A DNA stretch of 64,000 nt from Candidatus Versatilivorator sp. (GCA_965207735.1 OZ242296.1:1376001-1440000); one strand, 5' to 3'; shown: positions 40,536 to 53,134, numbered from the stretch's first letter. The notes: a model not told the origin generated them from the sequence alone. Numbers and translations: made by a program.

Positions 40536-41711
40536 GTGACTTCACTGCAACAGACCTTCAATCGATCGCTGGAAATCCTCTTCGAACTGATCCGTATTGA
40601 ATCGGTGAACCCTACCCTGGTGTCCGGAGGGGCCGGAGAGCAAGCCATCGCCGAGTATCTGTCCGACTTCCTGAGAAGCGAGGGCATCCCGAGCCAACTG
40701 CAGGCGGTCGCCGCGGGACGTTTCAACCTGTTGGCCACGGTGAAAGGGTCCGGCCCCGGACCGAGAGTGCTTCTCAATGGACACCTGGACACGGTGAGTA
40801 TCGCCGGGATGAAAACGCCCCTGGTGCCGGTCCTCGAGGACGGCAGAGTCTATGGCAGGGGGGCGCAGGACATGAAGGGCGGGCTGGCGGCAGCGGTTTC
40901 GGCGCTGCTGGCGCTGTCCCGACACAGGGAGGACTGGAAGGGCGAGGTTGTGCTGGCGGCCGTGGCCGACGAGGAGGACTTGAGTCTGGGAACCATCTGG
41001 TTTCTGGAGAATTGGCCGCAGGACAGACCCTTCGATTTCGCCTTGGTGCTGGAACCGACCGATCTTCAGGTGGCCACGGCCCACAAGGGGTTTGCCTGGG
41101 TCGAAGTCACCACCTACGGAAAGGCTGCCCACGGGAGTCGGCCGGCCGACGGTGTGGATGCTATTCGCCGGATGGGCCTGGTCCTGGGCCATCTGGACCG
41201 GCTGGACCGAGACCTGCAGAGCCGTCCTCTCCACCGCCTCCTGGGATCGGGCTCGCTGCACGCCTCAATGATCCAGGGCGGCCGTCAATGGAGCAGCTAT
41301 CCCGACCGCTGCCACCTGAAATACGAGCGAAGGACTGTTCCTCCCGAAACACGGGCGACCGTCGAATCCGAATTTGGACGAATCCTTCGAGATTGCCGGC
41401 GGCAGGATGGCCGCTTCCGGGGGGAAGCTTCGCTCGTCTGCGCGCGAGAACCCTTTGAAGCGGACCCTGATCAGAATGCCTTGCAGCGTTTCTATCACAC
41501 TGCCCGGTCGCATCGCCCCCGCCACGTTCGCTGGGGCAGTGTCTCATTCTGGACCGACGCGGCCCTGTTGGCGGGCGCCTCCATCCCGACTCTGGTCTTC
41601 GGCCCGCGAGGAGCCGGACTCCATTCCCTGGAAGAATATGTGGTGGCCGAGGACCTGGGCGACTGCGCCGAGATCATCTATCGCTTCGTGACTCAAGCCC
41701 TATCCGACTAA
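40536..41711 (+). CDS. M20 family ArgE/DapE-type deacylase
   Basis: NGHLDTV, GRGAQDMKG, ADEE, AHGS, GLHSLEE. Confidence 0.88.
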   Translation: MTSLQQTFNRSLEILFELIRIESVNPTLVSGGAGEQAIAEYLSDFLRSEGIPSQLQAVAAGRFNLLATVKGSGPGPRVLLNGHLDTVSIAGMKTPLVPVLEDGRVYGRGAQDMKGGLAAAVSALLALSRHREDWKGEVVLAAVADEEDLSLGTIWFLENWPQDRPFDFALVLEPTDLQVATAHKGFAWVEVTTYGKAAHGSRPADGVDAIRRMGLVLGHLDRLDRDLQSRPLHRLLGSGSLHASMIQGGRQWSSYPDRCHLKYERRTVPPETRATVESEFGRILRDCRRQDGRFRGEASLVCAREPFEADPDQNALQRFYHTARSHRPRHVRWGSVSFWTDAALLAGASIPTLVFGPRGAGLHSLEEYVVAEDLGDCAEIIYRFVTQALSD

Positions 41712-42682
41712 CGGTCTCGGTCCAGAATCATTCGTGGGATCGCCTGCAGCGCCTGCCGGTAGGGAGAGGGGGGGAAACAGTCCAGAGCCGCTTCAGCTCT
41801 GGCGGCGAACTCCTGGGCGCGTTTTCGGGCTTTCTCCAGGACACGGTATCGGGTGACGATGGAAAGGATCTCCTCCTTGGAGACAGAGCGAAAGGCTTTC
41901 TCCCGCAGGACCGTCTTGATCTTCCCGGCCTCCTGCCGGTTGCAGACCTGCAGGGCGTAAACCAGCGGCAAGGTCATCTTGCCCTCTTTGAGATCGCTCC
42001 CCACCGGCTTCCCCAGAACCCGTTGCGAAGAACTCAAGTCGAGGATGTCGTCAGTAACCTGGAAGACCAGGCCCACGCACAGACCATAGTCCCCCAGCGC
42101 CCTTTCCTGGTCATCGCTGACCCTTCCCAGCAACCCTCCGATCCTGGCGCATCCGGAAAACAGATAAGCTGTCTTTCGCCGGGCGATATCCAGGACCTCC
42201 TGCTCGCTGACTTCGGGTCTGCCGTCCAGGTCGAGCTGAATCAGTTCCCCTTCCACCATCCTTTGGGTCAAGTCGATCAGGATGTCCAGAATGCGAAAGT
42301 TGCGTTCCTGCAGCGCCAGGTAGAAGGACTGCATGTAGAGCCAATCGCCCACCAGCACCGTGATCTGATTGCCCCACTTGTGGTTGACGCTGGAGCGGCC
42401 CCGGCGAACACTGGCGCCATCGATGATGTCGTCATGAACGAGAGTGGCGGTATGGATGAACTCGACCACGGCAGCCAGCTTGATGGCCGACTCGTTGACC
42501 TGGCCGCGGAGCTTGGTGCAAAGCAGCAGCAGGCTGGGGCGAATCCGCTTGCCACCGCCTTCCTGCAGGTATTTGCCGATCTCTTCGATGGTGCGAACCG
42601 GCGAGCGGCGCTGGCGTGCAAACTCCCCCTCGACCTGTCGCAACTCGTCTTTGACCAGATGGAATATCTCTTGGGGCCGCAC
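41708..42682 (-). CDS. Polyprenyl diphosphate synthase
   Basis: GGKRIRP, LVHDDIID..RRG, FQVTDDILD. Confidence 0.93.
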   Translation of the reverse strand: MRPQEIFHLVKDELRQVEGEFARQRRSPVRTIEEIGKYLQEGGGKRIRPSLLLLCTKLRGQVNESAIKLAAVVEFIHTATLVHDDIIDGASVRRGRSSVNHKWGNQITVLVGDWLYMQSFYLALQERNFRILDILIDLTQRMVEGELIQLDLDGRPEVSEQEVLDIARRKTAYLFSGCARIGGLLGRVSDDQERALGDYGLCVGLVFQVTDDILDLSSSQRVLGKPVGSDLKEGKMTLPLVYALQVCNRQEAGKIKTVLREKAFRSVSKEEILSIVTRYRVLEKARKRAQEFAARAEAALDCFPPSPYRQALQAIPRMILDRDR

Positions 42683-42747
42683 TCAAACCCTTCCAGTAAT
42701 TGACTTGGGCAAGACCTTGATTTGACCGGCGCCGGGACTTCCGGCGG

Positions 42748-43620
42748 TCATTGCGGCGTTTCGCGCCCACCGGATGCGGAACCACCGGACTCGAAGCCCG
42801 CCCCGAGGCCCAAGGCCGGCAAAGCCTCAGCAGGCCTGCTCGGATAAGCCGGGCGGAACAGCCGCTGATAGTTCTCGGTCGTACACTTGGCCACGGCCTC
42901 CAGGCTGACCTGCTTGACCTCTGCCAGGGCTCTGGCGGTCTCCACCACCCAGGCCGGCTCATTACGCCTTCCGCGGAAAGGCACCGGGGCCAGATAGGGG
43001 GCATCGGTCTCGATCAACAGCCGGTCCATGGGGACGGCCCCGGCAACCTGACGGATGTCGTGAGCCTTGGGGAAGGTCAGCATACCGGAGAACGAGATAT
43101 GAAATCCCATTTCCAGACAGCTCCGGGCCATGGCCAGGCTGCCGGTGAAGCAGTGCATCACACCCGCCGGACCGCCACTGCGGTAGTGCTTGCCCAGAAT
43201 TTCGAGTGTCCGGACCTCGGCTTCCCTGGTGTGAATCACCACCGGGAGCTCCACCTCACGAGCCAGAGCCAGTTGTCGAGTGAATACCTCCTCCTGCTCT
43301 TCGGGCGTGGAATGGCGGTAATGGTAATCCAATCCGATTTCTCCCCAGGCAACCAGGCTGCCCGAGCGAGCCAGCCGGACAAGGTTCTCCAGACTCGCCT
43401 CCGAGGCCAGACCCGCCTCGTGCGGATGAATCCCGGCGGCCACATCCAGGTCTTCCTCCCGTTCCGCCAGCAGAACCGCCCTCTCGGTTTTGGCCGCATC
43501 CGCCCCGTCCCCAATCACCAGCACCCGTTCCACCAGGGCCGAGCGGGCTCGATCCAGCACTGACGGCAGGTCCGATTCAAACTCGGCTTCCGCCAGATGG
43601 GAATGGGAATCAATAAACAT
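42748..43620 (-). CDS. tatD: TatD family hydrolase/DNase
   Basis: DSHSHL, GIHPH, GEIGLDY, IHTREA, HCFTG, ETDAPYL. Confidence 0.9.
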   Translation of the reverse strand: MFIDSHSHLAEAEFESDLPSVLDRARSALVERVLVIGDGADAAKTERAVLLAEREEDLDVAAGIHPHEAGLASEASLENLVRLARSGSLVAWGEIGLDYHYRHSTPEEQEEVFTRQLALAREVELPVVIHTREAEVRTLEILGKHYRSGGPAGVMHCFTGSLAMARSCLEMGFHISFSGMLTFPKAHDIRQVAGAVPMDRLLIETDAPYLAPVPFRGRRNEPAWVVETARALAEVKQVSLEAVAKCTTENYQRLFRPAYPSRPAEALPALGLGAGFESGGSASGGRETPQ

Positions 43621-43646
43621 CGGATCGGCGGCAGTCAACGCCCAGA

Positions 43647-44285
43647 CTACGCCCCCGGCCGACCTCCGAACCGGGTTCGCGCGACTTCATAGAGTATGGG
43701 AGTAATCGACAGGAACACGATCAGGAGGACCACCTTCTCCAGGTTGTCGCGAATCCAGGCCACCTGCCCCAGGTAATACCCGGTCAAGACCATCGACACC
43801 ACCCAAAAGATACCACCAAACACATTGAAGGCGGCAAAGCGAGGATAGGACATCTGGCCGATACCGGCCACAACCGGCGCAAAGGTTCGGGCGAAGGGCA
43901 CGAATCGGGCCAGCACAATCGCCTTTCCACCGTGCTTCTCGTAAAACTCCCGGGCGTAGAACAGGTGCTTCTTGCGAAACCAGAAGCTGTCGTCCCTCTT
44001 GTAGAGAGCCACACCCGCTCGGTAGCCAATGGCATAGCCCACGGCGTCACCGACGATGGCCATCACGCTCAGCAGCACCAACAGGACACTGACGTTGAAG
44101 AACCCCTTGGCAGCCACCAGGCCCGCCAGGAACAGCAATGAGTCTCCGGGCAGGAAAAAACCGATAAAAAGGCCTGTTTCGGCAAAGACGATAACCGCCA
44201 GCACCAGGTAACCGCCAGACCGAATCAGTTCGATCAGCTTGTCCGGATTGTAAAGACTTGAGAAAAATTCGAGAATCGCTTCCAA
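43647..44285 (-). CDS. DedA/VTT family membrane protein
   Basis: FAETGLFIGFFLPGDSLL, ARFVPFARTFAP. Confidence 0.92.
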   Translation of the reverse strand: MEAILEFFSSLYNPDKLIELIRSGGYLVLAVIVFAETGLFIGFFLPGDSLLFLAGLVAAKGFFNVSVLLVLLSVMAIVGDAVGYAIGYRAGVALYKRDDSFWFRKKHLFYAREFYEKHGGKAIVLARFVPFARTFAPVVAGIGQMSYPRFAAFNVFGGIFWVVSMVLTGYYLGQVAWIRDNLEKVVLLIVFLSITPILYEVARTRFGGRPGA

Positions 44286-44375
44286 GAAGCCTCTGGGGGG
44301 GCTCTATCCCACACTTCTCACCGGGCTGCCGGCGAAATCATGAAAGGGTGAGCCATTTGCAAAATTTGTCCTGCC

Positions 44376-46382
44376 CTATTTCAGGCGAGCCCCGTTGGGA
44401 ACTTCCTCCAGAAAGGTCGCCAGTACCGGTCTGTCTTCCTCTCCGACCGACGCCGCCAGCAGCATTCCGTTGGATTCCAGTCCCCGTAGCTTGCGTGGCT
44501 GCAGGTTGGCAACCACTATGATCTTCCTTCCGACCAGGCTCTCGGCGGCATAGGCCTGGGCGATTCCAGCCAGAATCTGACGGGTTTCCCGTCCCAGATC
44601 CACGGTCAGCCGCAAGAGACGGTCGGCGCCCTTGACCTTGTCGGCCTCGACCACCTGCCCCACCCGAAGATCGATTTTGGCAAAGTCCCCAATGGTAATG
44701 GTGCTTCCGTCGGCAGGCGCGGCCGCCGCCGTCTTGGCCGCCGCCTTTCCTGCCACTTCCCGGGGAACCGGGGACGCCTTCTTTTTTCGACTGTCAGCAG
44801 GCTTCTGCTGTCCCCCGCTGCCGGAATCGAAAAGAGTCTCCAAAAGCGCCTTTCTGTCCAGACGCGGGAAAACCGCCGTGACTTCACCCAGCCGATTTCC
44901 CGCCAGTTCCCGGCTCCATTGCAAGCGGTTCAGGCGCTGAAGATTCAATGCCTCTCGCTGCCCCAACTGTTTCCAGACCTTGGCGCAACTGACCGGCAGC
45001 ACCGGGGCCAACAGGACAGTGACGATACGGACCACTTCCGCGCAGGTGTGGAGGATGGTCGCCAGCCGGGGCCGTTGGGCCTCGTCGCCCGCCATGGTCC
45101 AGGGAGCACAGACATTGATGTATTTGTTGGTCCGGGAAAGCAGATTCCAGACCGTCTCCAGGGCTCTGCTGAAGGCCAACCGGTCCAAATGGCCTTGATA
45201 AGCCTCAATGGTTGCCAGGACATGGTCCTTCAGTTCATTTTCCAGGGAAGAGAGATCTGCGGCAGGGGGCGGAACGGTGTTCTCGAAATTCCTGGAAATC
45301 AGCGCCAAGGTGCGGGAGACCAGGTTGCCCAGATCGTTGGCAAGGTCGCTGTTGGTCCTTTGAATCATGGCCTGGTAGGAAAAATTTCCGTCGGCGCCAA
45401 AGGGAATCTCCCTCAGCAGAAAATATCGGACCGCATCCGAGCCGAAGTGATTGAGCAGCAGGTGGGGATTGATCACGTTGCCACGAGACTTGGACATCTT
45501 GGCTTCGTCCTTGAGCCACCAGCCGTGGGCGTGGACCCGTTCGTGAAGCGGGAGGCCGGCTGCCAACAAGAAGGCCGGCCAATAGACGGTGTGAAAGCGA
45601 ATGATGTCCTTCCCCACCAATTGAACCTGGGCCGGCCAGTACTTGCGGAACTGGTCCTGCTCCCGGCTGTTTCCGAATCCGATCCCCGAGAGGTAGCCCA
45701 CCAGGGCGTCGAACCAGACGTAGATGACGTGGTTGTCGGCGACGGGAACGGGAATGCCCCATTTGACCGAGGTCCGGCTGACGGACAGATCCTTGAGGCC
45801 ATCGCTGACGAAGCGAACCACTTCATTGCGACGAGAGGTCGGGTTGATGAACTCGGGGTGCTTTTCGAAGAGATCCAGAAGCGGCTTCTGAAAGGCAGAC
45901 AGCTTGAAGAAATAGCTCTCCTCGGTGACGCGCTCGGTGGGGCGCTGACAGACGTCGCAGTCGGGGGCCGCGTCAGCCTCCGGGGCAAACAGGTTGCAGG
46001 GAATGCAGTACCAGCCGGAATACTCGCCCTTGTAAATGAAACCGTTGTCGAAGGCGCGCTGGAACACCTCGGAGGCGGCGGCGTAGTGGCTCTTGCTGGT
46101 GGTGCGAATGAAACGGTCATACTCCACGCCGAAGCGCGACCACAACTTGCGGTAGGCTCCCGCGTTCCGATCCGCCAGCACCTCCGGCGCGACTCCCTGG
46201 GCGGCGGCAGCCCGCTCGATGTTCTGGCCGTGCTCGTCGGTGCCGGTGAGAAAGCACACGTCGTAGCCTTGCATTCGCTTGTAGCGGCTCAAGCAATCGG
46301 CCACCAGGGTAGTATAGGTGTGTCCCAGATGCGGCCGGGCATTGACGTAGTAGAGAGGGGTGGTGATGTAGAAGGTATCCAT
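44376..46382 (-). CDS. metG: Methionine--tRNA ligase with C-terminal tRNA-binding domain
   Basis: PHLGH, TGTDEHG, KMSKSRGN, DLRVG..SNGMLL. Confidence 0.97.
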   Translation of the reverse strand: MDTFYITTPLYYVNARPHLGHTYTTLVADCLSRYKRMQGYDVCFLTGTDEHGQNIERAAAAQGVAPEVLADRNAGAYRKLWSRFGVEYDRFIRTTSKSHYAAASEVFQRAFDNGFIYKGEYSGWYCIPCNLFAPEADAAPDCDVCQRPTERVTEESYFFKLSAFQKPLLDLFEKHPEFINPTSRRNEVVRFVSDGLKDLSVSRTSVKWGIPVPVADNHVIYVWFDALVGYLSGIGFGNSREQDQFRKYWPAQVQLVGKDIIRFHTVYWPAFLLAAGLPLHERVHAHGWWLKDEAKMSKSRGNVINPHLLLNHFGSDAVRYFLLREIPFGADGNFSYQAMIQRTNSDLANDLGNLVSRTLALISRNFENTVPPPAADLSSLENELKDHVLATIEAYQGHLDRLAFSRALETVWNLLSRTNKYINVCAPWTMAGDEAQRPRLATILHTCAEVVRIVTVLLAPVLPVSCAKVWKQLGQREALNLQRLNRLQWSRELAGNRLGEVTAVFPRLDRKALLETLFDSGSGGQQKPADSRKKKASPVPREVAGKAAAKTAAAAPADGSTITIGDFAKIDLRVGQVVEADKVKGADRLLRLTVDLGRETRQILAGIAQAYAAESLVGRKIIVVANLQPRKLRGLESNGMLLAASVGEEDRPVLATFLEEVPNGARLK

Positions 46383-46416
46383 CGATCTCCGGGGGAGTGC
46401 TTCGCGGCCGCCGCTC

Positions 46417-47640
46417 CTAGCCCAAACCTGATCCGTGCCGCTTCAGGAACTCTTGCATCACCTGCCGATGCACCTGCTTGTAGGGCACCCGGCGGCGCTG
46501 GGCCAGATCCTTGCATTCCTCATACTCGGGAGAAAAGCTCACGATTCGGCCATCCAGCCGAGCCACTTTCACCGACACCGTACCCATTGGACTGTCCACC
46601 GCTTCGATGATTCGGTCCAACACCTTTCGACGGCATCGGTGGTAGCGAATGCCCAGGGTGGTGGTCTCCTCAAAAAGCACCTTGCAGACACCGTCCAGGA
46701 GTTCCAAGGGAAGAACCACGGTCAGAAGGATTCCCGGACGGTTCTTTTTCATCTGGACCGGGCAGGTAAACACATCGTGGACTCCCAGCTCGAACAACCT
46801 CCCCTGCACGTATCCGATAATCTGGGGGTTCATGTCATCGATGTTGGCCTCCAGAACCCACACCTCGGAATCCGATGAAGCCGAATCGGAATCGACCGGT
46901 TGGCCGCTCAACACTCGCAGCACATTGGGACCATCCTTGTGATCGCGGCTGCCGGCGCCGTACCCGATACTCTCCACCCGATAGCCCGGCAACTCTCCAA
47001 AACTCCGGCAAATGGTGGTCAGAATGGCTGCCCCGGTCGGCGTGACCAGTTCCCCTTCGATTCTGTTGGTGTAGATGGGCACTCCCTGGACCAGTTCCGC
47101 CGTGGCCGGGGCGGGAACGGGCATGGTCCCGTGGGCGCAGTCTACCGTTCCCCAACCCACGTTGAGCGCGGAGGCCAGGCATCCGGGGGAGCCCAGCCAG
47201 TGCAAGCCGACAAAGGCCCCGACAATATCGACGATGGCGTCGACGGCGCCGACTTCGTGGAAGTGGACTTTTTCCACGGTGGTTCCGTGAACCTTGGCCT
47301 CGGCTTTCGCAAGCCGGAGAAAGGATCGGCAGGCGTTGTCCTGCACCCAGGGATCCAAAGCACTGCCGCGGATGATTTTCTCAATGGTCGAATAGTGCCG
47401 GTGGTGGTGCTCTTCACCGGTCTCCACATCGAATTTGGTGGCCATCACCCCCGACTTGTCGACGCGGGAAGACTTGAGGCGGAAGTTCCTTACATTCAGC
47501 TTTTCCAATTCGCCGGCGAGATGCTCCATCGGGAGTCCCAGGTCCAGCAGCGCTCCCAGAATCATGTCTCCGCTGACTCCCGAGAAACAGTCAAAATACA
47601 AATTTTGCCCGCGTTGAGTACCCACCTGTCTTGTCTCCAC
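46417..47640 (-). CDS. larC: Nickel pincer cofactor biosynthesis protein LarC
   Basis: YFDCFSGVSGDM, HHHRH, VHFHEVGAVD, MKKNRPG, ETTTLG; start uncertain. Confidence 0.9.
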   Translation of the reverse strand: METRQVGTQRGQNLYFDCFSGVSGDMILGALLDLGLPMEHLAGELEKLNVRNFRLKSSRVDKSGVMATKFDVETGEEHHHRHYSTIEKIIRGSALDPWVQDNACRSFLRLAKAEAKVHGTTVEKVHFHEVGAVDAIVDIVGAFVGLHWLGSPGCLASALNVGWGTVDCAHGTMPVPAPATAELVQGVPIYTNRIEGELVTPTGAAILTTICRSFGELPGYRVESIGYGAGSRDHKDGPNVLRVLSGQPVDSDSASSDSEVWVLEANIDDMNPQIIGYVQGRLFELGVHDVFTCPVQMKKNRPGILLTVVLPLELLDGVCKVLFEETTTLGIRYHRCRRKVLDRIIEAVDSPMGTVSVKVARLDGRIVSFSPEYEECKDLAQRRRVPYKQVHRQVMQEFLKRHGSGLG

Positions 47641-47813
47641 GGAACTTTCCGGCGCCGTTGCGCTCCGAAATTCGGCAACCCTGCTTCCGAGACAGAACAC
47701 TAGGCTCAGACTCAGCCGTTTGTCAAGGCGAACCCGAGCGGCTGAGCGTCACCGGTAAAGCCTTCGCCCCGGACCGATCCGGAAGGGCCATGCCTGGGAT
47801 GGAAGTCCTGTTC

Positions 47814-48983
47814 CTACTGCATGAATTGCACAAAGACTTCATTGGAAAAAAGCCGTCCCTTGCGGGTCAGCTTCATTCGGTCTCCTTCGATTTCTATCAA
47901 CTGCCCCTGGACCAGTTCGCTCAATTCCCGGCCGAATCGTTCCAGCGGATCAAACCCGAATTTTCGGCGACAGCGGGACAAATCCAGGCCGGCATTCAGC
48001 CGCAAACCCAGAAATATCAGCTCTTCCAGATGCTGCCTGGGAGTGATCTCGGATCGAAAGGTGGTGGCGGGCTCTCCACCCTCCAGCAGTTCGACGTAAC
48101 GGACGGGGTCACGCTCGTTGCCCCAGCGCACCCCCGACCAGTAGGAATGGGCGCCGCACCCGAAACCGATGAAGGGTTGATCCGTCCAGTACTTCAGGTT
48201 ATGACGCGACTGCCGCCCAGGCCTGCAGAAGTTCGAGATCTCATACTGCTCCCAGCCGGCCTCTACCAGCCAGTCCACCGATTCCTCGTACCAGACGGCA
48301 ACCAGGTCTTCATCGGGCAAGGAACCATCGGCCCTTCCCTCTATCCTCCCCAAATGAGCGTCTTCGTGGATCTCCAGGAGATAGAGTGAGAGGTGCTCCG
48401 GAGAGACGGCGGCCACCTGGCTCAGGTTTTCCCGCCAATCGTCTTCCGTCTGGCCCGGCAGACCGGCAATCAGGTCCAGATTCAAGTTGTCGATCCCTCC
48501 CCGTCTGCACATCTCGATGGTCGAGATCGAGTCCGCCACGCTATGAGAACGGCCGACCCCTTTTAGCAGGTGGTCCTGGAATGTCTGGACCCCAAGGCTG
48601 ATTCGATTGACACCGGCCTCGCGGTAACTGTCCAGCTTGTCACCCGTCAGGGTGCCGGGATTGACTTCCAGGGTGATTTCCGGAACGGGAGCGAGCCTAA
48701 AGGCGCTGCGAATCCACTCCAGGGTTTGACCGATCTCCTGCTCATCCACCAGGGACGGGGTGCCGCCACCCACAAAAATGGTGTCGACGACCCAATCGGA
48801 GGTGGAGTTCCCGTTTGCATTCAATTTCTGCAGGAGGTCCGGCAGCGTTTCCATTTCCCGCCGTAGCGCCCCGAAATAGGGCTCGATCAAACTCCCGGGA
48901 AACACCCCCGAAGCGAAATGGCAGTAGCTGCACTTGGAGAGACAGAAGGGAATGTGAATGTACAACCCCAGCTCATTCGACAT
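47814..48983 (-). CDS. hemW: Radical SAM heme chaperone HemW
   Basis: LYIHIPFCLSKCSYC, GGGTPS, YEISNF, HNLKYW. Confidence 0.9.
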   Translation of the reverse strand: MSNELGLYIHIPFCLSKCSYCHFASGVFPGSLIEPYFGALRREMETLPDLLQKLNANGNSTSDWVVDTIFVGGGTPSLVDEQEIGQTLEWIRSAFRLAPVPEITLEVNPGTLTGDKLDSYREAGVNRISLGVQTFQDHLLKGVGRSHSVADSISTIEMCRRGGIDNLNLDLIAGLPGQTEDDWRENLSQVAAVSPEHLSLYLLEIHEDAHLGRIEGRADGSLPDEDLVAVWYEESVDWLVEAGWEQYEISNFCRPGRQSRHNLKYWTDQPFIGFGCGAHSYWSGVRWGNERDPVRYVELLEGGEPATTFRSEITPRQHLEELIFLGLRLNAGLDLSRCRRKFGFDPLERFGRELSELVQGQLIEIEGDRMKLTRKGRLFSNEVFVQFMQ

Positions 48984-48993
48984 CGGCCGACTC

Positions 48994-50619
48994 TTACAAG
49001 AGAAGCAATTGGTGGTCCGGGCTGGAAAGGTCGATGGTGTCGTAGAGCTCTTCCAGGAACTCGGGTCCGTAGCGCGACAGAAAGTAGAAAATGTTGATTT
49101 GACGTTCCTGAAGCCCTCTTGAGGGATAGAGCGTCCTCAACAGGCTGTCGACCTGTCGAGCGAGGATCTCCTGTTGGCGGGACTCGGCTCCCACAAACTT
49201 GGTCCGCAGGTGTTCCAGTTGATATTGGATTTTCTTGCGGGTGGTTCCCAAGGCTCCAACCAGGGTGGCATCCACCGCCTTCAGGGGCTCCTCCATCTCA
49301 GCCAGGCGATCGGCGAATTCTCTTTCCAGCCGGTCGAAGCCGGCGCCGACCGCCTGGTTGACGGTGCGCTCGACTATCTGTTTCAGCAGCGGCCGGCTGC
49401 CTTGAAATAAATCAGGAAATTCCAGGCGGTATTTGGCCAGCAACTTCTGGATTCTTCTTTCAACCACCGTGACGCTGGCGCGCGGCACTACCCGGGGCAT
49501 GGCTCTGCCCAGGGCATGGTAGAGCGGGGAGATCTGGGCATAATAGGCAATCTCGGAAGGACCGGCAACGTAGGCCAGCGTCGGAAGCAGAAAGTCCTGC
49601 ACCACCGGTCTGAAAAGCACGTTGGGGCTTATCTGCTCCGGTGCCTGATCGATGAGAACCTGAAGATCGAGCAACTCGCCGGTGCTCCCCTTCAGGGAAA
49701 AACCGTTGCGGGTACCCACAACTCCCCGGCGTTTCCCGTCCTGCTCCCAAAAGAGAAAGCTTGTCCCTCCTTCCCCACCGACTTGAGGGGTGTACCCGGA
49801 ACCGGCCAGTTGTCGGTTGCGGCCTCTCAGCAGCTCATCCAGTTGCCCCCAGGTTTCCGCGCCCTGCAGAAACACCGGCTTGGCCAGTTTCTTAAGTGTC
49901 GGCTCCCGCGGGTCCAGCAGAATGAGTCCGTATTCCGAAAGGAGAAAGGAAACGATTTCGGCGAACGCCTGCCCAAAGGTGTTCCCCGGCCGATAGGTCC
50001 GTTTCAATCGGGCTGCCAGCACCGGCTTGAATTCGGAGTCCGGCAAGCCCTGCAGAAACTGGTCCAGGTGGCCTGCGATCGAGGGATCAAGGGAAACGGG
50101 ACCGACCGGCAGTCGATTCTCCCCTGATTCTTGAGCATATTGGAGCGATTTCAGAGTCGAGTCAGCCGTCAGGATCCAGGTTCGGCCCACTTCCTCAAGA
50201 TCGTGGTCGTCGGTGGCCATCCAGAATACGGGGACCGCATCCACGCCCCGGCGCCGATAGCTCTCGGCCAACTTGACCGCGGTCAGCGCCTTGTAGATCG
50301 TATAGGCCGGACCGCTGAACAAGCCCACCTGCTGACCGGTAACCACCGCCAGGCAGTGGTCCCCGGCCATACGGTCCAGGTTCTCCATGGTCTTGGCGGA
50401 AGCGCCCCAAAGCCGATTCTGGCGCTTGAGGGTCTCCACCAGGGCCGCTCGATGGGGCAAGCGGGGCCAGGTTGCATCCGATTGGGGCCATCCGGAGGAC
50501 TCCAGGCCGGGTGGCCCGGGAAAGAAGGCCTGAACCCTCTCGGCGTGGTAGAGGTAATCCAGCAGCAGGGCCGGCGTTTTCGGAATCTTCTCGAAGCTCA
50601 AACCGACCGACTTGGCCAT
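48994..50619 (-). CDS. bshC: Bacillithiol biosynthesis cysteine-adding enzyme
   Basis: VTGQQVGLFSGP.Y, FWMATDDHD, SPNVLFRP, GPSEIAY, LQER. Confidence 0.9.
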   Translation of the reverse strand: MAKSVGLSFEKIPKTPALLLDYLYHAERVQAFFPGPPGLESSGWPQSDATWPRLPHRAALVETLKRQNRLWGASAKTMENLDRMAGDHCLAVVTGQQVGLFSGPAYTIYKALTAVKLAESYRRRGVDAVPVFWMATDDHDLEEVGRTWILTADSTLKSLQYAQESGENRLPVGPVSLDPSIAGHLDQFLQGLPDSEFKPVLAARLKRTYRPGNTFGQAFAEIVSFLLSEYGLILLDPREPTLKKLAKPVFLQGAETWGQLDELLRGRNRQLAGSGYTPQVGGEGGTSFLFWEQDGKRRGVVGTRNGFSLKGSTGELLDLQVLIDQAPEQISPNVLFRPVVQDFLLPTLAYVAGPSEIAYYAQISPLYHALGRAMPRVVPRASVTVVERRIQKLLAKYRLEFPDLFQGSRPLLKQIVERTVNQAVGAGFDRLEREFADRLAEMEEPLKAVDATLVGALGTTRKKIQYQLEHLRTKFVGAESRQQEILARQVDSLLRTLYPSRGLQERQINIFYFLSRYGPEFLEELYDTIDLSSPDHQLLLL

Positions 50620-50641
50620 CGTGTGTCCCGGGCAGTACAGG

Positions 50642-52357
<1,716 letters not shown>

Positions 52358-52372
52358 CTACTCCGCCCCGCC

Positions 52373-53134
52373 TCAGGGGAGCTTGCCTTGGACGGCAAGC
52401 TCATTGATTCGTACCAGGTCATCAGGCGTATCCACCGCTACTCCGCGATATTCGTACGGCACCACTTGAATCCGATACCCGTTGTCCAGGAAACGCAGTT
52501 GTTCGAGGTCCTCCACGGCTTCCAGCCAACAATCCGGCAGATCGGGGAGGATCTCCAGAAATGCCTTGCGGTAGGCATAGATTCCCACGTGCTTGAATAC
52601 GGCCGCATGTGCCACTTGACCTGGTCGCTGCCGCCTCAAGTGTGGAATGGAAGACCGAGAAAAGTAGAGGGCGTTCCCCTTGCGATCCGTAACCACCTTG
52701 ACAACGTTGGGATCTGAAATCTCCTCGGCCTCGGCGGGGCATTTCAGCGTCGAGATCATCAGGCTCGGATCGGACCGGAACGGTTCCACAACGGCTTCGA
52801 TGCACCCCGGATCCATCATTGGCTCGTCACCCTGAAGGTTGACCACCACCTCGACCTCCAGATCTCGCCCAACCTCCGCCACCCTTTCGGTACCCGATCG
52901 GTGTGTTCCGGAGGTCATACAGGCCCTGCCGCCAAAGCTCTCAACCGCACGAACTATTCGCTCGTCATCGGTGGCTACCATGACTTCGGCAATCCCCCGT
53001 GCGGCCGCTGCCCGCTCGAAGACGTGCTGAATCATGGGTTTACAAGCTATTATTGCGAGAGGTTTTCCAGGGAAACGTGTCGATTGAAAACGGGCGGGGA
53101 TGACGACGACAGCCTTCAGATCATTCTTGGTCAA
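52373..53134 (-). CDS. kdsB: 3-deoxy-manno-octulosonate cytidylyltransferase
   Basis: IPARFQSTRFPGKPL, SGTER, NLQGDEP, LEQLR. Confidence 0.95.
   Translation of the reverse strand: MTKNDLKAVVVIPARFQSTRFPGKPLAIIACKPMIQHVFERAAAARGIAEVMVATDDERIVRAVESFGGRACMTSGTHRSGTERVAEVGRDLEVEVVVNLQGDEPMMDPGCIEAVVEPFRSDPSLMISTLKCPAEAEEISDPNVVKVVTDRKGNALYFSRSSIPHLRRQRPGQVAHAAVFKHVGIYAYRKAFLEILPDLPDCWLEAVEDLEQLRFLDNGYRIQVVPYEYRGVAVDTPDDLVRINELAVQGKLP

Noticed and set aside
48994-50619. bshC in a diderm (kdsB-bearing) organism as a novelty
   Set aside because: Bacillithiol-type genes are already known outside Firmicutes
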